A DNA stretch of 63,473 nucleotides, the filler included, from Octopus bimaculoides (taxonomy: Eukaryota), in the NCBI RefSeq assembly GCF_001194135.2. It is 4 parts of 4 records of this genome, joined end to end, with 100 filler letters (N's around TTAATTAATTAA, not from the genome) between each part and the next. Parts side by side here need not be neighbours in the genome. Positions count along the whole stretch, not along the records: positions 29,687 to 41,902 come from NC_068999.1; positions 42,003 to 60,495 come from NC_068982.1; 2 more parts are not named here. One strand, 5' to 3'. Made by a program: the position numbers and the translations under genes. Shown piece by piece: positions 35,975-48,919 of the stretch. Every line of letters begins with the position of its first letter. The stretch's first letter is position 1. The notes under the pieces are model-generated. The model was not told the DNA's origin and made no database searches. It worked only from the letters and a program-made list of their open reading frames with translations.

Positions 35975-36595
35975 TAGTTGTTACCAGTTATCAAAGTACT
36001 TAATTAGTACTTTATTTTATCCCCACTAAATCATGAAAACCGAAGTTGACCTCGGCGTGATTTGAGCTCAGAATATACAAAGTCGGAACGTATACCGCCA
36101 CGCATTGTTTTTTCCGACGTTCTATCGATTCTGCCAACTCACCAAATTACTTGAAAATAATCCTTTCTACTATAGGCACAAGGCCTGAAATTTGGGGCGA
36201 GAATAGTCGATTACATCGACAGCTCCCCACCCAACTGGTACTTATTTTATCGACCCCGAACGGATGAAAGGCCAAATCGACCTCGGCGGAATTTGAACTC
36301 AGATCGAAAAGATTGTGAAGCAAGATTTTCTGTTTCTATCTTTTATCTTTGATTTGTTTTAGTCATTGGAATGCGGCCATTTTAGCACAAGGCCAGCAAT
36401 TTCAGGAGGAGGAGTAATCCGATTATATTGACCCCCCCCCCCAATGATAAACTGGTACTTATTTTATCGACCCCGAAAAGATGAAAGGTAAAATCGACCC
36501 CGGTGGCATTTAAACTCGGAACGTAGAAACGAAGGATGAAATGTCGTTAAGCCTTTTGCTCAGAGTGCTAACAATTCTGCCTGCTCACCGCTTTC
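35975..36595 (-). mobile_element. Cluster of three SINE family A copies or fragments
   Basis: Repeated reverse-complement matches at ~35975-36145, 36158-36305 and 36380-36595. Confidence 0.75.
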
Positions 36596-37180
36596 ATTTA
36601 GCCAAATATTAATCACTTTACATGCTTTCATTGCAGAAATTCAATTGTTTGTAAAGATCTCTCGAAATATCACCAATGCTGCTTAGGAGATCATTATTAT
36701 TAAAATATACAGCAATTCTTAGCAAAATCCTAATACGTAACATTTAGTTATACAAATGGCTGTTGGTTTGTTAACAAGGCTGTTTCTAATTGTACGAGGC
36801 TTCTTTGATTTTGATGTCTGCTAAGAAATGCAGTATCTACGACGTCAATGTTTAAAACTGTTGTTTCAAGTATCAACGAGTCGTTCTCGTACAATAGCAC
36901 TTTCTTTCCTTTCTATGCAGAGACTTTTCTATTCTTACGAAATCTTTGTGATTCGCCCACAAATGTCCTTTGAGCTTGTGTTTCAGCGGTTTCCTGCTTA
37001 ACCCTTCCATTTATTGCAAGCACAGCATGTAATATATTGCTGAACAAAATTATCTGACATTCAACTCGGTGTGCTTTCAGTTGTTTCTGAAAAGTAATAA
37101 TAAATGCAGATCCAATCCTAATCATTCATCTTTATATTCGTAGCCTGACATGATGGAGTATAAACAATTAAGAGAAATGG

Positions 37181-37245
<65 letters not shown>

Positions 37246-37247
<2 letters not shown>

Positions 37248-37415
37248 ACTGGTATTTCGTCTGTCTTTACTTGCTGAGTTTAAATTTCACCGAAGTTGAT
37301 TTTTCTTTCATCCTTTTGGGGTCGATTAAACAAGTACCAGTTGAGCACTGGGGTCGATATAATAGACTAGTCCCCTCACCCCTCAAGATCTCAGGTCTTG
37401 TGCCTATAGTTGAAA
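37246..37415 (+). mobile_element. SINE family A, 5'-truncated, after (CTAT)n
   Basis: Body and tail similarity. Confidence 0.75.
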
Positions 37416-37485
37416 GGTATGATATTCTTGCTTTAAATATAAACACCTGAAGAAAGTAATCCTTTGTGCAGAAAAAAATTAAACT

Positions 37486-38365
37486 TTTTAACACCAACCT
37501 ACCTGAGAGTGCCACTGCTTAATGCTACAAACTTTTGTTTTAAAGAAATCTAAATTAAAACAATTGCAGTGTGGAAGATGTTTGTAAGCCATTTAAGAAC
37601 ACAAAAAAAAAACCCCGTTAGATTCACTTCAACATTTAAATTTAATTTGTGTCAAAATATTTTCGTCGCTTTGAAACCGCGACCTGTCCGTTGATAAAAC
37701 TTCATGCTGCATCAGTGAACAGGTTGCGGTTTCAAACCGACGAAAATATTTTGACACAAATTAAATTTAAATGTTGAAGTGAATCTAACGGTTTTTTTGT
37801 GTGTTCTTAAATGGCTTATAAACATCTTCCACACTGCAATTGTTTTTGTTTCAGTACACGATCTCAGATCAAGTCACTTGCTGTGCAAGTACATCTCCGT
37901 ATATTAAAATCTTCCATCAAAATTTCCTGTTAAGTTATGTTCCAAACACCAGCTTCATAATAAGAAAAATTTTTCTAATACATTCTTTCTTTTCCAAATG
38001 AATTGAAACAAAAGTATTTGAGCAAAAATATAGTTACAAAAGGGTTAAAGAGTTTTAAAAACTTTCTATCAGAATTTTTTAATAGATTTAAGTTCATAAC
38101 GACAAAGTTATTTTGATAAATTGAAACAAAGACAGAAATGGGACAACAAACAGGCTAACCCTTTTAATTCGAACTTGCCTGAGGCCACTTTTTGTCTTAT
38201 GGATACAAACTTCTCGTTTTAAAATGATCTAAATTAAACCCTTTCATCTAAATTCCATGTTAATTCATGTTTCAAACGCCAGCTGATGATGACAGTTAAT
38301 ATCTTGAAATCTTCATTAGTTTAAAAATTAATTGAAACAAAGACAGAATGTTTCAATAGAACTGT
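37486..38365. mobile_element. Second piggyBac-like MITE family: one copy interrupted by a foldback (37486-38044) and a second copy (38159-38365)
   Basis: AAGGG|TTAA at 38040-38048 and CTAA|CCCTTT at 38155. Shared CCTGAG..ACAAACTT..TTTAAA..ATCTAAATTAAA blocks. Confidence 0.5.
37557..37846. repeat. Long near-perfect inverted repeat (foldback): ~130-bp arms, ~31-bp spacer
   Basis: 37557-37687 is the reverse complement of 37719-37846 with only a few mismatches. Confidence 0.95.
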
Positions 38366-38591
38366 GGCCTTTATTAGCGATATGTCTCGAAGCGAATTCA
38401 GCTATAAGTAGTAACTTTTAAAACATTGGACTAAAAAAAAAACAGGGGATGAAAAAAAGAAACAATGAAAAAAACGGAAAATCACCTGCGGCGCTTAAAA
38501 CTCAGACACTGTGATATCAATTACATTTGAGCGTCATCCACTTCCCTGTTAAGATTAAAAACGTTTGATTTGAGAGGAGGGCGACTTCGGT

Positions 38592-38663
38592 GGCTGATGT
38601 GTGATTGGTAGCACGTTCGTCTCAGTTATAGAAGATTCATGGTTCGAATCCTCCCGACAGTAT
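38592..38663 (+). pseudogene. Decayed tRNA-like sequence (resembles elongator tRNA-Met), or a lone SINE head
   Basis: TGGTAGCACGTTCGTCTCAG..GGTTCGAATCC with a perfect B box and a T-run downstream. The T and acceptor stems do not pair. Confidence 0.4.
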
Positions 38664-38789
38664 TCTGTCATGTTTTATTTTTTTTTAATTTTGCTATTCA
38701 AGAAAGGGTTTAATCCAATGTATTTAAGAGCCAGCCGTCACATGCAAACGAATATAGCTTGGTAACTTGTACCATGCTATCGCTAATTC

Positions 38790-39000
38790 TTTTTGGTGCC
38801 TATGTAGACGCGAGCAGACCAGGACACTCTCCTGACTCACACAAAATTTAACTCAGCGGCACATCCAGGGAGAGGGAGCTGTGCCAGCCTTCGGCTGGTG
38901 CACATTTACAGATGAGTAGACTGAAACAACGATCCAGGAATTGAACTCAGGACAATACAATCGTGAGCCCGACACCCTAACCACTTGATAATGCGCCTTC
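38790..39000 (-). mobile_element. Degenerate tRNA-derived SINE (head similar to family C, different body)
   Basis: The - strand reads GAAGGCGCATTATCAAGTGGTTAGGGTGTCGGGCTCACGAT..GAGTTCAATTCCTGG. Confidence 0.5.
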
Positions 39001-41060
39001 GTTCACTCACTTTCTCATTCAATCTCTATGTATGTATGTACGTACGTATGTATGCATGTATGTATGTATGTATAATCAAACCAGATTATTACAAAAAAGA
39101 AAAATGGTTAAGTGAGATTCCATTGGTTACTATCATGGCTGACATTGATAACAACAACAACAACAACAACAACAACCAAGAACAATACCACCACTACCAC
39201 CATCCAACTAAAACAACTCCATTAATATCGTTACCAAAAGTACTAATAACACTAATAATTCTTCCCAGTCTACCAATTGTCTAAGACGATATAAAGAATC
39301 TCATTTCATGCGGTTCTTCGTATTGGAATGAAGATCTATTCCACAGTTATTGAAAAGCTTGCCAAAACTCTTCCTTAGAGTGGTTGTAATGAAGAATCTG
39401 TACGCTGCGTGTTGCAGCAAAAAGCAAATCTCACTAAAATCGCATACTCTTTCATTGTTTATTAAACCTGCGACATAATACATCCATTTTTGCGGCAGTT
39501 AAGTAAATAATAATATTTGAGAATTAACGATAAAAATCCGGCTGGTTACTGCAACATGCTGATATATAATACCATAGCGATTCATAATTTGTGAGGACAG
39601 ATTAAGTTAAGGAAATGGGAACTACTTTTCGTGAGATTTACCAACAGAACTCCGTGTGGTGTCTTTAGCTGTTATTAATATTTAGAAGATAGAATATTTG
39701 AGAAGCCATCACATAGAGAAAAACGACATAATTTCTCGTAGAATCTAGGAGCTCACATTTTCGTGAGATTTACACTCCTTTTTATATTCAATCAGCAAAA
39801 AGTTCTAGAACATTCTATAAACCATTTGGTGAGAAGATTTCGGTTCACTTGTCGATTTTATTGGAGAGCCACAATTACAAGAGCTTTTTTCCTTTTATGA
39901 CAACCTTAGTCCGATGCTGGGAAGTATGAATGAGATGGTCCAAAACACACTATCATCTCGTTACACTTCTATCCACTTTATGAAGCAGTTTGTAAAATAA
40001 CAGGACAAAGCTCACGCTAACTCAAACCACTTCATGGTAAACAGTTTTAACAACTGGCTTCATTCTTTGCCTGATAAATGGCTGTTACGGATAGGAAGTG
40101 TTATTATTCCGATTCCAATGGTGTTAATCGATTTTCTAAAGATTCTAAAACTAACCAAAATCTACCATAGAAAAGCAACTGCCACAATTAGCTTTCAACT
40201 TTTACATATTTCCTCTCGTATATCTTCAATGGAATATATATACCTTAAAAAAGAAAGCTATTTCAAAACAGTATCAGAGTGACTTATTCCAGAAGTTCAG
40301 ACAAGAATAGGTTAAAACCCGCCAGTTACTAACATATAAACATGTGATAACACATAACGATAACTACTTCTATGTAGTTATTAGTTTTGTGAAATAACTC
40401 CCAAGGAAATATCTTTAGTTTACATGGCAATGGAGTGCTTCAACGTAAGTAGGTAATGTAGATAAGAGAACTAGAAGAAAACATCAAATGTCTGCCTCGC
40501 AGAATCGAACCATTGAATACCATCACAAGATGTAAGGTGAATAAGTTCACAATACACGCAGTACATTTTAGGAAAAGGAAAAGACAAAAAACTTGACTGA
40601 AATGTAGGAATCTTTTACACAACAAACCTTCGAGGGGAAATCATTAACTTCAAAGCACGAAGCCAAGAGTGAAAAACTTGTTATCGGGGAAAAAATATTA
40701 AGACGAGCCAACATTAAGTTCACATTTACTTCTAATTCACGAACAAAGAGATAAAGGAAAACTGAATCCATAAAAATGAGCACCTTTCTTGGAAAGATCT
40801 TAAATAATTTTGCTCTAAGATCTGAAGTGAATAAAAATATTTTAATTAGAAAGTATCATTGCTAGATACAATCAACAAAGAATACTGTCTACTGTACCAA
40901 TATCAACTGTAGAGCTTACATAATCAATACTTAAGTTTACACCAAAGCTTTGCGAAAGCTGCATACCAAGAGGTCACTTGATATTCGACTGGTTATACAA
41001 GATGTTGAAGATCTATAGAAAGTCATACATACATACATACATACATAATACATACATACA

Positions 41061-41094
<34 letters not shown>

Positions 41095-41265
41095 CATACA
41101 TATATACATACATATATACATACATATATACATACATACATGCATATATACATGCATGCATACATACATACATACATACAGTTCAAGTTTATAGAAAACA
41201 AAAGACGAAGACAGGTGAGGGAACAACAAACAGATGTGTTAGTTTGACGCTCAGGAAGAATGGAA

Positions 41266-41306
41266 AAGTTTCTGATGTTTCGAACCTATGCTCTTCGACA
41301 GAAAGG
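41266..41306 (-). ncRNA. Hammerhead-ribozyme-like motif, variant core (copy 3)
   Basis: - strand: CCTTT CTGTCGA A GAGC-ATAG-GTTC GAAAC ATC AGAAA. Confidence 0.4.
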
Positions 41307-41839
41307 ATTTTTAGAGGGGGGAAATGGCGAGAGCAAAAAAAAAACAGAGAGAAAAAATATGTGTAGGGATTAACGGTTCAACATGGTGAAATGGCCGGAA
41401 GAAAGAAGTTGAGTGAAAAGGAGATAATAAAGGTGTATGTTAATTATGTCAAATTTTTGCACAAGATATTACCCACGTGATCAGCTGCTTCCCCACCTTT
41501 CAAAGTGACAAGATGTCATTGGTCAAACAACATTCAATGCCAGTCGTAGTAAATATTCCTCTGAGTTAAATATAAACTATGACTCTGTTATTATTTGCCC
41601 AGACTCTTTTTTTTAAGCTTCCCAAATGTTACAAATGCTTTCTGAATGCGTAGATGGATTTCTACATCCAGGGAGCCGCCTCCCGACAACATGCTGCCCA
41701 GGTAAACGTAAGGGGTCAACTACACTCACTCAATATCCTGTACCGCATTCTACGATATTTGGTTCGAAATAAGGTTTACCTGGTGCAGGTGTGAACATTA
41801 TCTTGCATACATACGTGTAAACATTAAATAAATACACAC

Positions 41840-41902
<63 letters not shown>

Positions 41903-42328
41903 NNNNNNNNNNNNNNNNNNNNNNNNNNNNNNNNNNNNNNNNNNNNTTAATTAATTAANNNNNNNNNNNNNNNNNNNNNNNNNNNNNNNNNNNNNNNNNN
42001 NNGTGATTTCTGCAATGTGGTGCATAAATTGTCAAGTAAATGAGACGCATCTTTGCCTCCACTGATTCACTTGCAAAGTGTTGAGTAAAATTATTTCGTT
42101 GCAGACCTCCTTTGGGTCTTTTTATTATCACTACGACACACATAGTCCCCAGTTGGTAACATTGATTTCAAGGCCCTCCTAGATGAGAGACTGGCATTCC
42201 ACTTAATGTCTATGTTCCATGCTGGCATGGATTGGAGAGTTATTAATGTAGAAATATGGTATCGTAGCTACTAACAGTTGAGGGTTGCGTAGTCTAGACG
42301 GCGTTTTTAGATTTCATTATTCTCTTTA

Positions 42329-42357
42329 ACCCGGGCAAAGCCGGGTATTTCTGCTAG
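42329..42357 (+). mobile_element. Helitron-type 3' terminus
   Basis: GC hairpin ACCCGG-GCAAAG-CCGGGT, then 7 nt, then CTAG|T. This is the canonical hairpin-CTRR end before T. The 5' end was not identified. Confidence 0.55.
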
Positions 42358-42463
42358 TGTTTAATAAAAGTAAATTATCATTAAGAACTCTTACTTGAAT
42401 TGGCGTTGAAAGCAGAATCGGTATGGAAACAATTGTAACTGATCACTGTCTTCTTATCTGGAT

Positions 42464-42505
<42 letters not shown>

Positions 42506-43096
42506 AATACATACATACATACATACAAACATACAGATGTGTGTGTGTGTGTACGTGTATAGGTGTGCGGGCGCGTATTGTATGTCAAAAATATTTTGTA
42601 CTAAATAAGACAGTATGAACAATATATACAAACAAAAATGTAACAAAGTGACAAAATAAGAATGTTAACTATTATTTATACGCAAACATCTACGGCCATG
42701 TGTATATCTACCGGACCACCGTACAATATGTCTCCATCATGAAGTCACCACATTTCTTCTAAGGAAATCTATTTTTTCCAATTAACAATTTTGTCAATTT
42801 GATGGTTCTAATATGTTTAATTAGTTTTAACACGAAATATTAGATTTTCATTTATAAAAATATAGACAGGGCGGTAAATATGACAGATAGAAAAAACTGA
42901 TAGCCTGAAACTAGTTGGTGCAGAAAATAAGGGAAGAAAAGAATGAGACGGTGCAAAGGCAAGGGAGATATACTAGTAGAGGCAGCGACTTGTGTAGCAC
43001 AGGAGAATACTTAGAAACTATCGTTTACAGATAATATGGAGGTGAACGTGAAAGGGAGGGAGATATAGCGCGAACGTGAGTGAGTGAGTGTGTGTG

Positions 43097-43183
<87 letters not shown>

Positions 43184-43789
43184 NNNNNNNNNNNNNNNNN
43201 NNNNNNNNNNNNNNNNNNNNNNNNNNNNNNNNNNNNNNNNNNNNNNNNNNNNNNNNNNNNNNNNNNNNNNNNNNNNNNNNNNNNNNNNNNNNNNNNNNNN
43301 NNNNNNNNNNNNNNNNNNNNNNNNNNNNNNNNNNNNNNNNNNNNNNNNNNNNNNNNNNNNNNNNNNNNNNNNNNNNNNNNNNNNNNNNNNNNNNNNNNNN
43401 NNNNNNNNNNNNNNNNNNNNNNNNNNNNNNNNNNNNNNNNNNNNNNNNNNNNNNNNNNNNNNNNNNNNNNNNNNNNNNNNNNNNNNNNNNNNNNNNNNNN
43501 NNNNNNNNNNNNNNNNNNNNNNNNNNNNNNNNNNNNNNNNNNNNNNNNNNNNNNNNNNNNNNNNNNNNNNNNNNNNNNNNNNNNNNNNNNNNNNNNNNNN
43601 NNNNNNNNNNNNNNNNNNNNNNNNNNNNNNNNNNNNNNNNNNNNNNNNNNNNNNNNNNNNNNNNNNNNNNNNNNNNNNNNNNNNNNNNNNNNNNNNNNNN
43701 NNNNNNNNNNNNNNNNNNNNNNNNNNNNNNNNNNNNNNNNNNNNNNNTATATATATATATATATATATATGAATACATGTGTATGTCTG

Positions 43790-44398
43790 TATTATGTTGA
43801 CCCTGGGGAGAACTGTTGTTCTTAACCGCCTGGACCACTGCTCCCAGTTAAGGTCACCACATAGAGTCAAACTAACAACGGAACTTGAATCAGTCCAACG
43901 CTACTACACTAAAAAGATTGAAGAAGTGCAGTGGATGAGCTACAGGGATAGGCTGAGAAAACTGCAACTTTATTCTCTGGTGCGAAGGCGTCAGAGATAT
44001 GCAATAATATGCATATGGAAAACTCTAGAAGGGCTAGCACCCAATTTCGGCATTGAGTATTATACAAATACCAGAACTGGCTGCCATTGTATTGTATCAA
44101 AGGTACCATCCACTCCATCTAAATTCTGGACCAGGTACTGCAATAGTCTAGGGTTCAATGTCCTGTCACAAATATCAAGAATTTTGCATAAGGTGGAAGT
44201 AGATGTCTTCAAATAGCAACTAGGCACCTTCCCCTCCACAATAGCAGATGATCCAACAGTCCAACATAAAGTGCAGACGGGGGCAGCGGAATCAAACTCT
44301 CATATACACTAAATGGGCTAACAGCCGGGACAAAGGCACGTACAGGAGTGGTGATACGAAACACCCCAGACTGAGGAAATCCGAAAGACCACGGTGGC
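43790..44398 (+). mobile_element. CR1-clade LINE ORF2 3' fragment
   Basis: LDHCSQLRSPHRVKLTTELESVQRYYTKKIEEVQWMSYRDRLRKLQLYSLVRRRQRYAIICIWKTLEGLAPNF matches the CR1 LEYC..W.P....LE.VQR..TK....SY.ERL..L.L.SL..RR pattern. Confidence 0.85.
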
Positions 44399-44859
44399 NN
44401 NNNNNNNNNNNNNNNNNNNNNNNNNNNNNNNNNNNNNNNNNNNNNNNNNNNNNNNNNNNNNNNNNNNNNNNNNNNNNNNNNNNNNNNNNNNNNNNNNNNN
44501 NNNNNNNNNNNNNNNNNNNNNNNNNNNNNNNNNNNNNNNNNNNNNNNNNNNNNNNNNNNNNNNNNNNNNNNNNNNNNNNNNNNNNNNNNNNNNNNNNNNN
44601 NNNNNNNNNNNNNNNNNNNNNNNNNNNNNNNNNNNNNNNNNNNNNNNNNNNNNNNNNNNNNNNNNNNNNNNNNNNNNNNNNNNNNNNNNNNNNNNNNNNN
44701 NNNNNNNNNNNNNNNNNNNNNNNNNNNNNNNNNNNNNNNNNNNNNNNNNNNNNNNNNNNNNNNNNNNNNNNNNNNNNNNNNNNNNNNNNNNNNNNNNNNN
44801 NNNNNNNNAAACGAACGTCATGTTTGGGGAAAGATTGATAGTCATGCTATAATAACTAG

Positions 44860-45062
44860 GAGAACATGATGTTGATGACGACGATGATAGTGACTGTGTT
44901 GATGATCATGATGATGACAATAATGGTGGAGATATGATGAAGATAATGATAAAGATGATAACGATTACGGTGATGATGGTATCGAAGCTGTTATTGAAGA
45001 TGACAGTGGTCATTAAGATTATGATATAGTGATAATAATGATGATAATGATGATGATGCTGG

Positions 45063-45101
<39 letters not shown>

Positions 45102-45128
45102 CGACGACGATGATGGATGACTACGATG

Positions 45129-45178
<50 letters not shown>

Positions 45179-45260
45179 AACGTTGATAATGAGAAGGTGA
45201 ACGACGACGATATAATGATTTGGGTAATTGTGATATCGTTGACGATGTTAATCAATGAAG
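44860..45260. repeat. Degenerate (GAT/GAC)n low-complexity tract
   Basis: Read directly. Confidence 0.9.
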
Positions 45261-45557
45261 TCGATAAAGATAATTGCCATGATAAACTCATTGAAATTGA
45301 TGTAAGAAAAAAGCAAGGAGGAAGAACAGAAAACGAATACGTTGATAAAGATAACGAGTTACATGTAAATAACATTGATGTGGCAAAGCACAGCCGCACA
45401 CTAATACATTGAGCTGTTAAAATAGATAAGGCCTTTAAGTAGCAATAGAAGAGATACTTTAAGTACCTCAAGCACGATCATCACAATCGTTCAACCAAAG
45501 AAGAAACATCTGTGTAGTGGTTTCACTTGCTAGAAATAGCAGCCGAGTTTCATTTAA

Positions 45558-45748
45558 CCCTTAGCTTTTGAACTGGTCATATCCGGCTCAAATATATCAC
45601 GTTTTTTTTCAGACCAACCAGATCTGGCATCTCACACCTACTAAACAATGTCTTTCTAAAAATAAACAATCACGCCATCGAACGTTAATTCGAGACAATG
45701 TAAATAAATAAGCATTTCACTTGACAGAATAATCTGAATGTTAAAGGG
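45558..45748. mobile_element. piggyBac-like MITE
   Basis: Termini TTAA|CCCTT..AAGGG|TTTA. The interior is similar to 35112-35292. Confidence 0.55.
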
Positions 45749-47371
45749 TTTACTCAAACCTTACCATATTTTCAACGGAAGGAAATATTTGAAAATTTAG
45801 TCTTGGGTAAAGTGTGTCTGGCAGAAGAGACAGAATGCTCAAAAGTGTGTAGGATTATAGCTAACATATAAAGAGCAACAGCAATACTCTGATGAAGTAA
45901 ACCTGGGAGCCTTTGGTTGCCCAAATTTTAGAAATAGCAGCCAAGATATTCTCAAATCATATATTCCCATCTTAAGGCCGGAAGGTATATTGGGATTTCA
46001 ACACTTGATACTCCATGTCTGAAAGAATTATGGAATCGTGCTGCTGGACTATATTTTTGAACAAAAGCTTGCTCAATTAGGGATTAGTTTAACCTAAATA
46101 TAACATGATTGTTATAATAGACCATTACTTGAGTGATATTATAACCCAAGACGCTCAGCGTTTAAGAATATTAATCCTTATTTATACTTAAGAAATTTTC
46201 ATTCAGCCAAATCGATCAAGTTTATACCGTTTTGTACGTCTGAAATTCTGCTTTACACCAAAGAACAATTTATATTGTTATCGTTTATCTTGAATTAGAC
46301 ATGATCCCGTAGACCTATAATCAAATTCGTCACAATCGCGTTCTTTTTCATAGCTATGACTGTATTGCCCAATTTGCTCTTGTTTTTTAGAGGAAGATTT
46401 AACGTCTTTTTATAGCAGTTCATTTATATATTATCTCTTTAGCTTGTTAATGTTCATGCCTATGGAAGTTTGACTCCTTGACCGGCAAGTATGTCTGGCA
46501 ATGAGCTAAAACCCCTCCATCATTGTTTTGTTTAGTAGACTCCTAAACAAATTTCTAATAGTTCGAGCGACTATATATAGGCTTTTTCGTATTCTCATTA
46601 ACGCAAATTTCAATAGTTAAATCTGATATTGCTTTGTCGATTTATATCAAGTTGTTCGATATTATACAGAAGTCGAAATGAGATATTCTATCGTAAATAC
46701 TTGATATCTGCAAATTATACAATGTTTGGTATAATAAACCGGAGAATATTTTGGACAAAGAATATTCACTAATAAGCATAATTATGGAGCGTCGTTTCCT
46801 CAGATATTTTATATAAAGAAATGCTCTGCAAAATATAGATTGTAAGCACAAGATAATTTGTACATCACATACTTAAACATATAAAGACATCAATAAGAAA
46901 CGCTTTTCTAATTATTGTATCTAATATAGATATTCAGAAATCATTGAATATATACAACGTATTTTGTTTAGAATATTTACAAGAGCACTTGGCAGGTGAG
47001 AATTGCACTGTAACGAAGCTAGAAACAATTTATTTGACAAAAGAAAATGCTTTAACTTGAAGAGACACTCTAAGTTAGCAGAAGTCTGTTAACACTCACA
47101 AGTAACCCGAAATTACATTATAAACTGTTCAAACTTAGATGGATAAACACCTTGAAAGTATGAGGCAACATTGTGGCATCTGAATTTCATAGAATAAAAA
47201 TTTCTTGAATTGATGGTGTACTAGTGTTCATACTTGTGTGTATGTGACAATTTTCGTGGTATCACCTTGTTATAATCTTTGAACTAATTCCTCTTCAGAG
47301 TAATATTAAACCGTTTGATGTGTATCATCTAGAAATTTAGCTTGATGGGTTAAGGAAGAATGGACATAATT

Positions 47372-47590
47372 TTATCGGCTAAGAAAAACATGTGCTGAAT
47401 ATCGGATACCGCTTAATGTGGTATATGTTGATCCTATAGGCGCGATGAACGGTTTCTTCTGTTCACGATGTTTCAATAGCAAACCAAACACTTTTCCTGC
47501 TTTAATCAGAGAAAATTTGAATGTAAACGATGACTGACTTAGTAACACATACAACAGATATGTAAGACACAATGGACATACTTTAAGCAT
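47372..47590 (-). mobile_element. Possible Penelope-like RT N-terminal relic
   Basis: GKVFGLLLKHREQKKPFIAPIGSTYTTLS resembles the Penelope RT motif P(R/K)(F/L)YGLPKIHK..P.RPIIS.IGSPTY.LS. I did not find the downstream RT motifs. Confidence 0.3.
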
Positions 47591-47879
47591 TCTATATCTT
47601 TAAATTATAAGTTTTAAAACAATGACCAGGGCAGTGGTAAAGACTGCCTGGAGCCTCATATCTATGTGAAAAACACAAGATTAGAAGTGGTAGCTACGTT
47701 CCCATTAGAAATGCTCTGTCTAGAGATGGCAGACTGGTTCTTGGTATACTGAGAATGGAAAAAGCAAGCTTGACATTTGAAAAAATGAAGAAAGTTTTTT
47801 GTTAAAAAATGGTATTACATCTTACACAAAAACCAGCACTTTCTTTCTCACTCTCTGAGAAGGAATTAAGCAGAGTCAC

Positions 47880-48830
47880 TCAAGTTGCTGTGAGTGATGT
47901 CTCACCGAGACAGTCATACCATAAGCCACTCTCGCTAGCTGTGATGACGATACAAAAATATCACAGACAGTCAAGGGCCCTGATGATAACTCGTAATTAA
48001 AGAGAATCATATGCAAGTGTAAAACTACAATATGCAAATAGACGGAAAAAACAACATACAGTCAATGCTGAAGAATATCAAGCGATCTGCTATTGGCCCT
48101 CAAACACATTGCGGCCAAAATACACAAGACCAGGGAATGTTATGACCCCGGAGCACAATAAGCGTGTGAATTGGGTATCCATATGAGTAGTGATGTCTCA
48201 TTCCGTGTACATATTACTAAAATGGTAACAATACGTAGGTGATTGGCTAGTTGGGTTCTAAGATCATTCTCAATAACAAAATGACCATGTTAATCATGTG
48301 CTGATCATTTTTTTATCAGACACCTGAAAGAGTGAACTCAATTATGGTTACCTCACAGCGTAAAACAAACAGCGGAACTGGAAGTAATCAAACGGTACTA
48401 CACCAAAAAGATTGTCTCGGTGCAACAGATGAGCTACCGAGAGAGACTAAGTCAACTAGAACGAAGATGCAAAGACATGCAGTGATATATATGGAATATC
48501 CTGGAGAGTGTGGCAACTAACTTTGGGAGTGAAAGCTATACCAGCTTCGAATTGGACACCAAAAATAGTACCAAAGAACGTGCCCTCTCCATCTGGAGTA
48601 ATGACCCAAAACCCTAAAAGTTTGGATTTCAAGAGTCGACAGCTTTTTTTGTTTTGATATCTACCCCTACCCGGAAAAAAAACTCAGCGATGTATGAGGC
48701 GCAGAGAAGATATGTTCAAAGAACATTTAGACGAATTTTTATCTGAAGCATTAGATGAACCCACCTCACGGCAAGGAACGCAAATACAGGCAGCTTTGAC
48801 AATCTAACTGCTTCACCAATGAGCTGAAAT
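47880..48830 (+). mobile_element. CR1-clade LINE RT and 3' relic (same family as 43790-44398)
   Basis: CDDDTKISQTV (ADDTK equivalent), LGIHMSSDVSFRVHI and ELEVIKRYYTKKIVSVQQMSYRERL. Nucleotide similarity to the 43.9-kb copy. Confidence 0.7.
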
Positions 48831-48919
48831 GTATTTGTGGAACCCAAGCATAACCAGAGCCCTTGGTAAAAACCAGTAAAAATAAATACATACATACATG
48901 CATACATACTGAACTACTT

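Noticed and set aside
39626-39773. 16-bp direct repeat TTTTCGTGAGATTTAC, 132 bp apart
   Set aside because: The intervening sequence has no tail, termini or homology suggesting an insertion with a TSD.
41698-41783. 10-bp inverted repeat CCAGGTAAAC/GTTTACCTGG
   Set aside because: The interior does not pair (not a pre-miRNA), there are no snoRNA boxes, and it is single-copy here.
46443-46488. Strong acceptor (TCTCTTTAG) and donor (AA|GTATGT) pair
   Set aside because: All three frames are closed. It could only be a non-coding exon, and there is no evidence for that.
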